Source: Euryarchaeota archaeon UBA605 (lineage in GTDB: Archaea > Thermoplasmatota > Poseidoniia > Poseidoniales > Thalassarchaeaceae). Taken from it: a stretch of 64,000 nucleotides of DNA. The number at the start of each line of letters is the position of its first letter. The first letter of the stretch is position 1. Location of the stretch: positions 30,326 to 94,325 of the forward strand of contig DATY01000019.1 in NCBI GenBank assembly GCA_002504905.1, given 5' to 3'. Of this stretch, positions 38,790-49,247 are shown in pieces. The notes below the pieces were generated by a model, which was given only the letters and a program-made list of their open reading frames with translations, was not told the DNA's origin and ran no database searches. Both the position numbers and the translations under genes were made by a program.

Positions 38790-41075
38790 CTAGAAGTAAG
38801 AACCGGTTCCTTCGTAATATAGTCTCAACTGAATACCATACTCTGGATCATCTCCAAACCACACTACAGAGTCCATATTTTCCAAAGTTGTCAAACTGGT
38901 AGGCCAATCAGACTCAAAGTACCCTGGATATAGATCTTTGACCATAATAGTCCCATCAGCACTACCATCAGTTCTGAAAAGTTCCCAATAGGTTTGTGGA
39001 GTCCAACCAAAGAAGTAAACAACATCACCAAGAACCTCTGGATCAGATCCCATAGTTCCATAATTCATTGAATTCGCATTAAACCAAATTTCTCCATTAA
39101 ATGTCCATGGTGCAACCTCTTTAATTATGTACGTGCCGTCAAGTGTTCCGTCAGACAATGCAGGTTCATGTCCAGTATCAAAATTACCCCAGAAATCAAA
39201 TTCTATATGTTTTTCCTGATTGTAAAGGAATTCATTTTCTGGATCTTGATCAATAAAATTTGTACAATACCATTCTCCATTCATGCTGTTATATTCACAA
39301 TAATTCCATCTATCTTCTATCTCGGAAATGTTTGTATCTGACCAATGCTCGAAAAGTGGATTCGTACAATACCATAAATCATCAAACCCACTTTCAACTA
39401 ATTCAGTATTTCCTTCCCAAACACATGAAGTATAATTTCTCCAAGCTGATGAAACAACTGTCGAGACAGACATAAATAGTTGGTCTCCAAAAATAGTCAT
39501 AGTCTGTGGATTACCAAACCATTCTTGATCTTCACCTACTCTAAATGTGGTTTCATTTGTCCCTGAACTTGTCCAAAATTCAATCGTGCTAATATTCCAA
39601 TCATCTCGGAATGAGCCGGCTGCGAAGTATAATTTATCATTATACTCGATTAAATTGGAAGGATAACTGCCGTAATTAGCCCCACCCGCGAAGTCAGTTG
39701 GTTCTCTAATATCCTTGACCAAAACAGTAGTCGATGTTAATCCAGAAGTTTTCCATAATTCTTGACCAACAATTCCATCATTAGCGGAGAAATAAATTAT
39801 CCCTCCTGCTTCAGTAATTTGTGAAGGATCACTACTTGCAGAACCAGGATTGATATCCAATATCATCGAAGTACCATGATCAGTACCATCACTCTTCCAA
39901 AGTTCTGTACCATTTACACCATTATCTGCTGAAAAATAAACTACATCTGCAATAGTCATTAAAGAACTTGGTATACTTTCTGAAGCTCCAGGATTAATAT
40001 CTGAAACCATGTAGGTACCCTGTTCAGTAGCATCAGTAAACCACAATTCAGTACCATTTATTCCATTAGTTGCTCTGAAGTAAGCACCTGTTCTAGCAAC
40101 TGTGATTAGTGAAGAATAACCATTCACTGCAGATGATAATAGACCTCTTCCATATCCTTCGTTGATGTCCTTAACCATGTAAGTTCCTTCTTCTGTTCCA
40201 TCTGAGAACCACAATTCACTTCCATTATACCCATTACTCGCTGCAAATAATATCCCATCACCAAATCTAACAGGATCTATAAGTCCACTAGAATAAATTC
40301 CTGGAAGAATATCTTTCACTAGCTTTGTTCCTTTTTTAGTTCCATCACTAGACCATAATTCTAGACCCGTAGATCCATTGTTACCAGTAAACAAAACCAT
40401 TTCATCTAATTCAATAATCCAAGTAAGCCCTGATGAACCAGCGGGTAATACTAAATCATCAGTTAATCTATCAAATACAGTATTACAAAATGAGAAACTA
40501 TTTTTTCCTTCATCAAGGTGTAAAATACCGTCATTTGCTTCCCCTTTACCTGTGCCATCGTCAACTCCAGAAATCACAGTTATACCAGAACTAATTGATG
40601 GACAATCAACATTTGGAAGAGGCCTATACAAAATGACTTGATCTGAGAGTTCTTGCAAAGATTGTTTGGTTGACTCTAAAGCATTATCAAGACTTTCAAT
40701 CGCTTCTCCTTCCAACTCAAGAAGTGCTTGTAGTGCTGCTAACTCAAGTGTTTGATCGACCATGATATTGTATAATGAAGAAGTATTATAATCACTAGAA
40801 CTTAGTTGGGAAAGTAGTGCTTGTCTTTCCAATACTAATTCATCTATCTGTAACATCATCGAATTAGACGAATTATTCAAAGCATCGAGATCGTTCCTCA
40901 AAGCTATATTTTCATTTATTAGAGACTCTAACAATAAATTCATCTCATTTTGATTTTTCTGTAATTCGTCTACATCATCATTCGTTTGACTAATACTATC
41001 ATTTGATGCGCATCCTGCTAAAGTTGTAGACACCATAAGAATAGCCATAAATATGCTAATGCCGCTCGTCTTCAT
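38790..41075 (-). CDS. Lipoprotein with coiled-coil stalk and ELWxxDGT repeat beta-propeller
   Basis: Lipobox LAGC; heptad-rich region; about 8 ELW(x)xDGTxxGT-type repeats. Confidence 0.85.
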   Translation of the reverse strand: MKTSGISIFMAILMVSTTLAGCASNDSISQTNDDVDELQKNQNEMNLLLESLINENIALRNDLDALNNSSNSMMLQIDELVLERQALLSQLSSSDYNTSSLYNIMVDQTLELAALQALLELEGEAIESLDNALESTKQSLQELSDQVILYRPLPNVDCPSISSGITVISGVDDGTGKGEANDGILHLDEGKNSFSFCNTVFDRLTDDLVLPAGSSGLTWIIELDEMVLFTGNNGSTGLELWSSDGTKKGTKLVKDILPGIYSSGLIDPVRFGDGILFAASNGYNGSELWFSDGTEEGTYMVKDINEGYGRGLLSSAVNGYSSLITVARTGAYFRATNGINGTELWFTDATEQGTYMVSDINPGASESIPSSLMTIADVVYFSADNGVNGTELWKSDGTDHGTSMILDINPGSASSDPSQITEAGGIIYFSANDGIVGQELWKTSGLTSTTVLVKDIREPTDFAGGANYGSYPSNLIEYNDKLYFAAGSFRDDWNISTIEFWTSSGTNETTFRVGEDQEWFGNPQTMTIFGDQLFMSVSTVVSSAWRNYTSCVWEGNTELVESGFDDLWYCTNPLFEHWSDTNISEIEDRWNYCEYNSMNGEWYCTNFIDQDPENEFLYNQEKHIEFDFWGNFDTGHEPALSDGTLDGTYIIKEVAPWTFNGEIWFNANSMNYGTMGSDPEVLGDVVYFFGWTPQTYWELFRTDGSADGTIMVKDLYPGYFESDWPTSLTTLENMDSVVWFGDDPEYGIQLRLYYEGTGSYF

Positions 41076-41150
41076 GATTGTCGGAGAATTATAAACTCTA
41101 AAAACTAATTTATATTTTTTACAATATTGAATAAAAAAAGAACAAAAATT

Positions 41151-41690
41151 CTAATCTTTGATGAAAATTTTCTCTCTGTAATAAGATAGTTCGTCAATAC
41201 TTCCCCTAATATCTCCCAATGCTCTATGTCCAGAATTATTTCTCCACTTGGGTAAATCAGGATACCATCTTCTAACTAATTCTTTAACACTGGTAACATC
41301 AACACTACGGTAATGGAAGAAAGAGTGTAGATTTGGCATATATCTTCTCAAAAAACGACGATCTTGCCCTATTGTATTACCGCACAGAGGAGGGACCCCG
41401 GCGAGACAATGTAACTGCAGAAATTCTAAAGTTTGCTTTTCCGCTTCATTCATAGTTATTTTAGATGAACGTACTCTTTCAATCAAACCATTTTGTGTAT
41501 GGTGAGAAACGTTCCAATCATCCATTTTTTCTAGATCTGCTTCGGAAACTGAAATTGCAAAACTGGGACCTTCAGCGACTATCGATAAATCTCCTTCTGT
41601 AACTATTGTAGCAATCTCAATGATAGTGTTCTCATCGGGATCTAATCCAGTCATTTCAAGATCTATCCATACTAGACGGTCTTCAACCAT
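41151..41690 (-). CDS. orn: Oligoribonuclease (DEDDh)
   Basis: LVWIDLEMTGLD, IIEIA, PLCGN...QDRRFL, HYRSVDV, HRALGDI..SIDEL. Confidence 0.95.
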   Translation of the reverse strand: MVEDRLVWIDLEMTGLDPDENTIIEIATIVTEGDLSIVAEGPSFAISVSEADLEKMDDWNVSHHTQNGLIERVRSSKITMNEAEKQTLEFLQLHCLAGVPPLCGNTIGQDRRFLRRYMPNLHSFFHYRSVDVTSVKELVRRWYPDLPKWRNNSGHRALGDIRGSIDELSYYREKIFIKD

Positions 41691-41767
41691 GCTACTTGCG
41701 ACAGCAATTCAGTCTTATTAGTTATGACGAAGCATCACTATGATAATACATATCTTGTGCGAAGAAT

Positions 41768-43033
41768 ATGAGTGGCATAGGTTACTTTCAACTATTGAAA
41801 GAAAATAAGCCATTCCGTCGATTATTTACCGCAGATATGATATCATATATTGGCGATTGGTTTACTGTAATTGCACTATTCATACTAGCAGGTGAAGCTA
41901 CAGATAACTCTCCACTTGCGATTGCTGGTGTTTTAGTAACTAGAAGTTTTGGAATGGCTTTATGTGATCCTTTCTCAGGAATGTTTGCAGATAGATATTC
42001 TAGAAAAGGATTGATGATGCTATCTAATTTAATCTCTCTACTTGCTCTAGTTTCTGTAGTTTCTCTAGACCTACTGAATAATTTGTTTTCTTATTATTTT
42101 TTAGCGTTTGTCATGGTTTTAGCTAAATCACTATTTGATCCAGCAGAATTTTCATATTTACCAAAAATTTGTTCAGATGATGAGTTAATCACTGCAAATG
42201 CATTAGGCTCAGGAGGTTGGTCTGTAGCATTAGGAATAGGGGCAGGAATAGGTGGATTAACCATTTCCGAGTTTGGAGTGACCACAGCTTTATGGATTGA
42301 TTGTTCTACCTTTTTATTATCAATCTTGATAATATCAACTCTACCTCCCGGTGGTCCAGAAAATCCAGTCAAAGACAAACTAACTCCAAAATCAGCTCTA
42401 AGTGAGATTATTTCCGGTTGGAAATATATTCGTAGTAAACCGGCAATAGGTAGAGTTGTATTTGCCAAAGGAATGTGGGCATCTGGCGGAGGGGCACAAG
42501 TTTTCTTACTAATTCTAATTGGAATGGAAACCAACTTTGGAGAACTCGCTGCAGGAATAGGTCTACTGTTTATGATTAGAGGTTTTGGATCAGGATTTGG
42601 TCCAATTATTGCTAAACCACTGATGCAAAACATAAGTATTCTACCTTACTTATTAGGTTTTTCAGTTGGTATTTCTGGATTTTTCTATGTCTTAGTTTCA
42701 TATCTAGAATGGACCAATATACTACTACTGTTTGTATTCTGTGCACATGCTAGTTCAGGTGTAAATTGGGTTTATTCTACTACAATGCTTCAAACTCGTT
42801 CGGATGATGAATGGAGAGGGAGAGTTGCAGGTACTGATTATTTAGTTATCACATTCACAATGGGTTGCTCAGCATTGGCTGCTGCTCTAATTCTAGAGCA
42901 CCAACTACTAGTGTTAAGAGAAGTAATCGCTCTTTCAGCGATAATTCAGATTATAATTGGTATAGGATGGATATTATTAGCATCTCCGAAAGAGAAGATT
43001 TTTTTTGAGAATAAGATTCAAACTAACCTATAA
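41768..43033 (+). CDS. MFS transporter (H+ antiporter/macrolide efflux-like)
   Basis: About 12 TM helices; motif A GMFADRYSRK; Q...DEWRGRV. Confidence 0.88.
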   Translation: MSGIGYFQLLKENKPFRRLFTADMISYIGDWFTVIALFILAGEATDNSPLAIAGVLVTRSFGMALCDPFSGMFADRYSRKGLMMLSNLISLLALVSVVSLDLLNNLFSYYFLAFVMVLAKSLFDPAEFSYLPKICSDDELITANALGSGGWSVALGIGAGIGGLTISEFGVTTALWIDCSTFLLSILIISTLPPGGPENPVKDKLTPKSALSEIISGWKYIRSKPAIGRVVFAKGMWASGGGAQVFLLILIGMETNFGELAAGIGLLFMIRGFGSGFGPIIAKPLMQNISILPYLLGFSVGISGFFYVLVSYLEWTNILLLFVFCAHASSGVNWVYSTTMLQTRSDDEWRGRVAGTDYLVITFTMGCSALAAALILEHQLLVLREVIALSAIIQIIIGIGWILLASPKEKIFFENKIQTNL

Positions 43034-43871
43034 AATTCTGAAGAAAAATAAGTACTGCTATCGGAGCTATAGAAAAAATTACGTCTCTGATTAATGATTT
43101 TGAAGATAATTGTACTTGAGTGGTGATTCGATCACGAATTTCATTATCAATTTTCTCGATCATTCCTGAAGCTGGATCTTTGACCTTAGCCAATAATTCT
43201 TCCAACATGTCTACCCCCTTGTCAAGAAAATTAGTGAAAATATCTTGAATAGGATTTCTTTCTCCAGGTTTATGTATGCCATCATCATCTTCAGAAACCT
43301 CAATTATATCTCTCCATGGTCTAGGTATAGTAAATTCGTCAACTGTCTTTAAAAATTCTCTACTAACTACTGTCCCCTCAACAAATATCTTAGCAGTAGT
43401 AAGGTTATACTTAGCTATGGTTTGGATATTTTTACGAGATCGAGTAACTTTACCAAAGTCTACGATTAGCCAAATAGTTCCTGCGAGTAAAAGTAATAAT
43501 CTTCCAGATTCTGGAGTCTCTTCCCAACTATTCCAACCTATATCACCATCAATTACTAATCTAGCAGTTAATGCGACTAATGCTGGTAAAATGAATGAGA
43601 GAATTTCATTCATTACAATTTTCCAAAATCCCTCCATTGGTAATTTTCTAAACTTAGTGAGAAACCACTTGATATGCCCTGTTCTATTTCCCGGAGGAGC
43701 ATAGGTATTTACTAGATCAATTAAAGGTGGGGCAATTAGCAATAATCTCAGTAGAAAAGGAACAATTAACAGTAACAAATAAGCCTCCCAAGGAGATTCA
43801 GGAGGAACGCTTGGTAACTGAATAGCATTCGACATGGAATTAACTGAAACGTCACCTGCCATGAATGTCAC
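43023..43871 (-). CDS. Hypothetical membrane protein
   Basis: Long ORF with 3-4 hydrophobic segments; no recognised motif; start uncertain. Confidence 0.6.
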   Translation of the reverse strand: MTFMAGDVSVNSMSNAIQLPSVPPESPWEAYLLLLIVPFLLRLLLIAPPLIDLVNTYAPPGNRTGHIKWFLTKFRKLPMEGFWKIVMNEILSFILPALVALTARLVIDGDIGWNSWEETPESGRLLLLLAGTIWLIVDFGKVTRSRKNIQTIAKYNLTTAKIFVEGTVVSREFLKTVDEFTIPRPWRDIIEVSEDDDGIHKPGERNPIQDIFTNFLDKGVDMLEELLAKVKDPASGMIEKIDNEIRDRITTQVQLSSKSLIRDVIFSIAPIAVLIFLQNFIG

Positions 43872-43878
43872 CCCTACA

Positions 43879-44313
43879 CTATCTTGACATTCTCGATAAG
43901 GTGTCTGCCTGATTTGACGCTGTTCTCAAGAATAAGACCGCTAGAATTGCTGAAATTATGAATGCTGTCCCCATGTAATAATGTGTATTTGTCATTAAAA
44001 TAGCAATCCCAATCAATGAAGAATAAGAAATTACTTGACAGATAATCAATAATCTTTCTAACATCACATACTCCAATTCATTAGTTCCATCAAATTCTCG
44101 AATGTAGGAATTAATCAAGAAAAATATTGCTTGGAAAGGAAGAGCTGCAGCAAGAATTGTCAGTCCAGTAACCACCACCATATCTGGATCTGCCTGATCT
44201 AGTTCCAATCCACGAAATAAAATATTACCCATGTTCAAACCTATTATTGAAGCATGAATAGTCCATGCTTTATCATATGGGGACGTAGTTTCTCCCGTCC
44301 CGTTAGAAGCCAT
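43879..44313 (-). CDS. Hypothetical membrane protein (about 4 TM)
   Basis: Hydrophobic ORF, co-oriented and tightly spaced with its neighbour. Confidence 0.65.
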   Translation of the reverse strand: MASNGTGETTSPYDKAWTIHASIIGLNMGNILFRGLELDQADPDMVVVTGLTILAAALPFQAIFFLINSYIREFDGTNELEYVMLERLLIICQVISYSSLIGIAILMTNTHYYMGTAFIISAILAVLFLRTASNQADTLSRMSR

Positions 44314-44413
44314 ATCGAGGTATGAAAATTATTCAATAGTTGAATATTACTCAAGATTAATGTTTTAATTGTTAGATTTAGTCATAGAATGATGGAAATC
44401 CAGAGGAAAAAAT

Positions 44414-44935
44414 TCATTCATATAATGATGCATGTTTAGCTCTTGTTTTGGAAATCTTTGGACTCACAACCATAGCACAGTAGGGGTTGTTAGGATTTTT
44501 AGCAAAATAATTATGATGATAATTTTCGGCTACAAAGAAATTAATCAGAGGACTGACTTCTGTAACAATTTCATCAACAAAATTTTGCTGAAGATAGCCA
44601 ATTACTTCATTCACGTCAGACTTCTCTGCTTCGTTCTTGTAAAATACAACACTTCGATAATGAGGGCCTATGTCATTGCCCTGACGATTTAATTGAGTTG
44701 GATCATGACAAGTGAAAAAAACTTCGAGTAATATTCTCCTCGGAATTACTTCTGAATCAAAAGTTACCTCCACTACCTCAGCATGTCCACTATTCTTACT
44801 ACAAACTTGCTCATATGTTGGATTATCAATATGTCCACCACTGTAACCTGGAATGACTTTTGAAACTCCTTTCAGCCCTAATATTGCTCCTTCAACACAC
44901 CAAAAGCAACCCCCTCCAAGGACTATTGTTTCCAT
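44414..44935 (-). CDS. msrA: Peptide-methionine (S)-S-oxide reductase
   Basis: GGGCFWC, GYSGG, HAEVV, HDPTQLNRQGNDIG..YRS, AENYH; GGTGA RBS before ATG 44935. Confidence 0.95.
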   Translation of the reverse strand: METIVLGGGCFWCVEGAILGLKGVSKVIPGYSGGHIDNPTYEQVCSKNSGHAEVVEVTFDSEVIPRRILLEVFFTCHDPTQLNRQGNDIGPHYRSVVFYKNEAEKSDVNEVIGYLQQNFVDEIVTEVSPLINFFVAENYHHNYFAKNPNNPYCAMVVSPKISKTRAKHASLYE

Positions 44936-44939
44936 ACAT

Positions 44940-46403
44940 TCACCTTCTATAGTTTGGAGCTTCACGTGTAATCTCAACGTCATGAACGTGAGACTCTGAC
45001 AATCCAGCATTAGTAATCTTAACAAAATTACAATTAACTTTCATAGAATCAATATCTGGATTTCCTGTATAACCCATACTCGATCTGAGGCCTCCAGTTA
45101 ATTGATGTATCACATTTTCAACAGGGCCTCTAGCAGGGACTCTACCTTCGATACCTTCAGGGACATATTTGCTTGTATCTCCTTGCTCAGATTGAAAATA
45201 ACGATCATGGGCTCCTTTACTCATTGCACCTACTGAGCCCATTCCGCGATAAACTTTGTACGACCTACCCTGGTAGAGAATAACCTCCCCAGGTGCTTCA
45301 TCAGTACCTGCAAGAAGGCTACCGACCATTACACAATCTGCACCTGCAGCTATTGCTTTAGCAATATCTCCGCTAAACTTTATTCCTCCATCGGCAATTA
45401 CAGGAATATCTAGTTTTTTACATACTGAAACGACACTCTGAACTGCTGTCAACTGAGGAACTCCTACACCAGAAACAATTCTAGTAGTACAAATTGACCC
45501 GGGGCCAATACCTACTTTGACTGCATTTGCACCCGCAGAAATCAAGGCTTCTGCTGCAGCTGCAGTGGCCACATTTCCAGCTATTATCTGAGATTCTGAA
45601 CCCATTATTTCCCTGATTTTTGCAACCGTATGCAGTACACCATGGGAATGACCATGCGCAGTATCAACTACTACTGCATCTGCTCCTGCCTCAAATAATG
45701 CGACAGCTCTTTGAATTCCTTTTTCCCCGGTTCCTGTTGCAGCAGCCACTCTCAAACGCCCATGTTTATCTTTACATGATTCAGGATTATCCCGACTACG
45801 CTGTATATCTCTGACTGTCATCATTCCCTTACATTTGCCTTCAGAATCAACAACTAATAATTTTTCAATACGATGTTTATGAAGTAACTTCTTAGCATAT
45901 TCTGGATCTACATGCTCTGGAACTGTGACCAAATTCGTAGTCATCATAGAAGATACTAGTTGCTCATCGTCATCTACAAATCTAATATCACGATTTGTAA
46001 TAATACCTACGAGTTGTTCATTTTCATCGATAACCGGTAAACCAGAAAAACCATGTTTTTCAGTTAATCTTCTCATTTCTCCAATAGTTGTGTCAGGCTT
46101 AATAGTAATTGGATCAAGTACTAATCCTGACTCAAATCTCTTGACAGAATTTACTTTTGATGCCTGTTCTTCTATGGTCATATTTCTGTGAATTACTCCA
46201 ATCCCGCCCGCCTGTGCTAATGCTATAGCCATACGAGATTCTGTTACAGTATCCATAGCTGCGGACATTATTGGAATGTTAAGAGAAATAGATGAAGTAA
46301 GTCTAGTTCTCAACTTAACTTGAGCCGGAAGTACTGCTGATTCAGCAGGTAACAATAGTACATCATCAAACGTCAGAGCTTCTGGTATGCTATCCTGTGC
46401 CAT
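44940..46403 (-). CDS. guaB: IMP dehydrogenase with CBS pair
   Basis: [54 protein letters not shown]. Confidence 0.97.
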   Translation of the reverse strand: MAQDSIPEALTFDDVLLLPAESAVLPAQVKLRTRLTSSISLNIPIMSAAMDTVTESRMAIALAQAGGIGVIHRNMTIEEQASKVNSVKRFESGLVLDPITIKPDTTIGEMRRLTEKHGFSGLPVIDENEQLVGIITNRDIRFVDDDEQLVSSMMTTNLVTVPEHVDPEYAKKLLHKHRIEKLLVVDSEGKCKGMMTVRDIQRSRDNPESCKDKHGRLRVAAATGTGEKGIQRAVALFEAGADAVVVDTAHGHSHGVLHTVAKIREIMGSESQIIAGNVATAAAAEALISAGANAVKVGIGPGSICTTRIVSGVGVPQLTAVQSVVSVCKKLDIPVIADGGIKFSGDIAKAIAAGADCVMVGSLLAGTDEAPGEVILYQGRSYKVYRGMGSVGAMSKGAHDRYFQSEQGDTSKYVPEGIEGRVPARGPVENVIHQLTGGLRSSMGYTGNPDIDSMKVNCNFVKITNAGLSESHVHDVEITREAPNYRR

Positions 46404-46481
46404 TAGAGATGGCCTAGACCATTCGTATTTGAATGGTTGCTATTTAGGTATAGAAAATATTGTACAGAAACGTTATTAATT

Positions 46482-47072
46482 CTAATTCTGTTTTCCTTCA
46501 ATAGCAATAATTATCATAGCAGCACCTAGAATTATCCGATGATCTAACTGATTTCCTTCTGAAATATCAATAACAAGCTTTTGGATTAATGGATTTATTT
46601 TTTGAGTAAATGTGATTGGGGGATTCCCAAGAAGATTCAGAGAAAATTTCTGAGGAAAAGCATACTTTGCAAATGGTACAAATCTACGAATGAGGGAATT
46701 TAACATGCTATCTTCTTTAACCTCTGCATAAATTTGGTTTTTTTCATCAAAAACCGAATAGCTATCTTGTAAAATTGATTTGCGAAAATTACGTCTTACA
46801 CCACCTATACTTTCACCAGTCTTTGAATCAGTAAAATCATATTCTCCAGATAAATCTAAAATATTCCTAGCCTTTATTTTAATAATTTCTTCCGATTGAC
46901 TTTCATCTGTGTAAACTCTGATATCTTCTTTAATCTTCAAGGCTTTTTGATATGAATAGCCGATTAGTTCTTCTTGCCTTTCATCAGAATATATATGAAA
47001 TTTTTCACCAAGAATCTTGATTAATTGCTTCCTAATTATGTAATGATTACTTTCTAACAACCCTGTCATCAA
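46482..47072 (-). CDS. LURP-one/scramblase (tubby C-terminal-like) family protein
   Basis: Y.IRK, QKALKIKEDI.VY.DE, IKARNILD....YD..D..TGE.IG pattern. Confidence 0.6.
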   Translation of the reverse strand: MMTGLLESNHYIIRKQLIKILGEKFHIYSDERQEELIGYSYQKALKIKEDIRVYTDESQSEEIIKIKARNILDLSGEYDFTDSKTGESIGGVRRNFRKSILQDSYSVFDEKNQIYAEVKEDSMLNSLIRRFVPFAKYAFPQKFSLNLLGNPPITFTQKINPLIQKLVIDISEGNQLDHRIILGAAMIIIAIEGKQN

Positions 47073-47195
47073 ACATAACGTAAAGTAACTGAGTCATAGT
47101 CTATTCGCCTGCTAAATATCTTTTTTCGATACGTAGAATTGAAATCTAACCCTCGATTGGAGAGGTCAACTGACACTGCCCCTCTGTGGGAATTG

Positions 47196-48230
47196 ATGTC
47201 TGAGTTGATGCCTATGCAGAGTCCTGTAACTAAGATTGAGCCAAAAATAGCTGCTCGCCTAGCAAAACAAAGTTATCACTTAGTTGGAGAACACGGTGGA
47301 GTCAAGGTCTGTCATTGGACTAAACAAAGTCTAATCGCAGATAGATCTTGTTACAAAGGTACATTTTACGGTATTGAAAGTCATGGTTGCATGCAAATGG
47401 CTCCAAATGTAGACACCTGTAATTTGGCATGTACTTATTGCTGGAGAGAACCACATTCTGATGCCTTAACAAAAATAGATGATGATCCATATGAATTATT
47501 CTTACAATCTGTAAAAGCACACAGAAGATTACTAACAGGTTTTGGAGGACATCCCTCAGTTCCAAGAGAAAAATGGTTAGATGCTCAAGACCCTAAGCAT
47601 GTTGCAATATCTCTTAATGGAGAGCCTACTTTGTATTCTCGATTAGGTGAGTTTCTAGACATATGTCACCAACACGGGGTTTCTACGTTTTTAGTAACTA
47701 ATGGCTCGTTACCAAAAGTGATTGAGAAACTTGATACGCTTCCTACCCAACTGTATGTTAGTGTTGATGCACCCAATAAAGAAATTTTTGATCGTATTTG
47801 TAAACCAAAGTTTGATCAGTCTGCATTTGAAAAATTAGAACAAACATTAGAGCTTCTTCCGAGTTTAGATACAAGGACTGTTTGTAGACATACACTGATC
47901 AAAGGGGAATCACTTGGCCACTGGAAAGACTATGCAAGACTGGATAATTTAGCTGATCCAGATTTTATTGAAGCTAAAGGTTACATCTATGTAGGAAACT
48001 CTCAATCAAATCATACAATTGAGAATATGCCCTCTCATGATGAAGTAATGGATTTCTCAAGGAATCTAGCACCATTAGTAGGAAGAGAAATTCTTTCTGA
48101 TAGAAGAGAAAGTAGAGTAGCACTTATCGGTAAAGAAATGATTCCAGTTACTCTACCTAAAAAAATTAGAGACTTACCAAAAGACTTGGGTATAGCAAAA
48201 CCCCAGAAGTTTTCTCTTCCACAACTCTGA
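47196..48230 (+). CDS. taw1: 4-demethylwyosine synthase (Taw1/TYW1), radical SAM
   Basis: VKVCHWT, CYK..FYGIESH.CMQM.P, CNLACTYCWR (CX3CX2C), HVAISLNGEP, TQLYVSVDAP, EAKGY; start approximate. Confidence 0.93.
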   Translation: MSELMPMQSPVTKIEPKIAARLAKQSYHLVGEHGGVKVCHWTKQSLIADRSCYKGTFYGIESHGCMQMAPNVDTCNLACTYCWREPHSDALTKIDDDPYELFLQSVKAHRRLLTGFGGHPSVPREKWLDAQDPKHVAISLNGEPTLYSRLGEFLDICHQHGVSTFLVTNGSLPKVIEKLDTLPTQLYVSVDAPNKEIFDRICKPKFDQSAFEKLEQTLELLPSLDTRTVCRHTLIKGESLGHWKDYARLDNLADPDFIEAKGYIYVGNSQSNHTIENMPSHDEVMDFSRNLAPLVGREILSDRRESRVALIGKEMIPVTLPKKIRDLPKDLGIAKPQKFSLPQL

Positions 48231-48236
48231 TTTATT

Positions 48237-49247
48237 TTATCTTTCAATCATTGGCCTGCTGGAACCACATTCTGGACATAATTGATCTTCGCTTTCGGCA
48301 TAATTATAGTAGCATGCAGGGCAAGTGGGAGAGAGTACCATTGTATTATTTCCGTTGGAAAAAGATACCTTATCCTCTTCTACTCTATCCAAATGGAGGG
48401 AATCTCTACCAATTTCTGACATCTCAAATCTTCCAGGGCCTCCCAAACTAAGTAAAACGTCAGGAGGGAGAGTTACTGTTCCCGTGTCATCAACAATCAA
48501 TTCTCTAGAGTCAGATAAATCGCCAATATCAACATCAGTTCCATGTTGGGCGATAAAACGACCCTCTCTAAGTTCTAGAGAACGTTCACAAAATGATGCC
48601 ACTTCTCGATTATGAGTCACTAGAAGAAAAGCGACTTCGCTTTCTTCATGAAGTTGTTTAAAAAGTTGCAAAACTTCTCTACTTGTTATTGGGTCTAGAG
48701 CCCCAGTAGGCTCATCTGCTAAGATTAATTTTGGATCTGTAATTAACGCCCTAGCAATTGCAACTCTTTGTTGTTCGCCACCTGATAATTGGTCAGGCAT
48801 TCCAAATGAACGTTCACCCATACCAAGCTTATCAAGAAGAGATTGTGCTTTTGGTCTTGCAGTCCTAGAAAGAACTCCCTGATGAATTAATGGTTGTGCA
48901 ACATTATCGATGGCATTAAGATGAGGAAGCAGGTTGGAATCTTGGAAGATAAATGAGACAGTGTCTTGCCTTAGTTTTACTAATTCTTTACCAGTCAACC
49001 TGGTCATTCTGGTTCCTCCTAATTCAACAGAACCTGCTGATGGCTTCATCAAACCACCAAGACACTTCAATAGAGTGGATTTTCCTGACCCTGATGGGCC
49101 TACCACTGCTACTGCTTCACCTTCAAGAATAGAAACACTGAGGCCTCTGAGCGCGACCACATTTCCATCCTCAGCATTTGATTCATATACATGATAGAGA
49201 GAATTTGCTCGCAGGATTTCATTTGATTCTTCTGACACTTTACTCAC
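48237..49247 (-). CDS. ABC ATPase (LolD/MacB-like) with C-terminal AbrB-like and Zn-ribbon extensions
   Basis: [34 protein letters not shown]; tail [11 protein letters not shown] and CPAC...CPECG. Confidence 0.9.
   Translation of the reverse strand: MSKVSEESNEILRANSLYHVYESNAEDGNVVALRGLSVSILEGEAVAVVGPSGSGKSTLLKCLGGLMKPSAGSVELGGTRMTRLTGKELVKLRQDTVSFIFQDSNLLPHLNAIDNVAQPLIHQGVLSRTARPKAQSLLDKLGMGERSFGMPDQLSGGEQQRVAIARALITDPKLILADEPTGALDPITSREVLQLFKQLHEESEVAFLLVTHNREVASFCERSLELREGRFIAQHGTDVDIGDLSDSRELIVDDTGTVTLPPDVLLSLGGPGRFEMSEIGRDSLHLDRVEEDKVSFSNGNNTMVLSPTCPACYYNYAESEDQLCPECGSSRPMIER

Noticed and set aside
42094..42633. 179-aa antisense ORF, and the many other 60-140-aa shadow ORFs in the track
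   Set aside because: They lie within well-supported genes, mostly on the opposite strand, and show no motifs
44935..45025. Long N-terminal extensions and overlaps given by the ORF track for msrA (also ctaB, hel308, the M3 peptidase, AI-2E and the ABC permease)
   Set aside because: Downstream starts, most with a clear RBS or stop/start coupling, fit the family N-termini better; the long overlaps are artefacts of choosing the longest ORF
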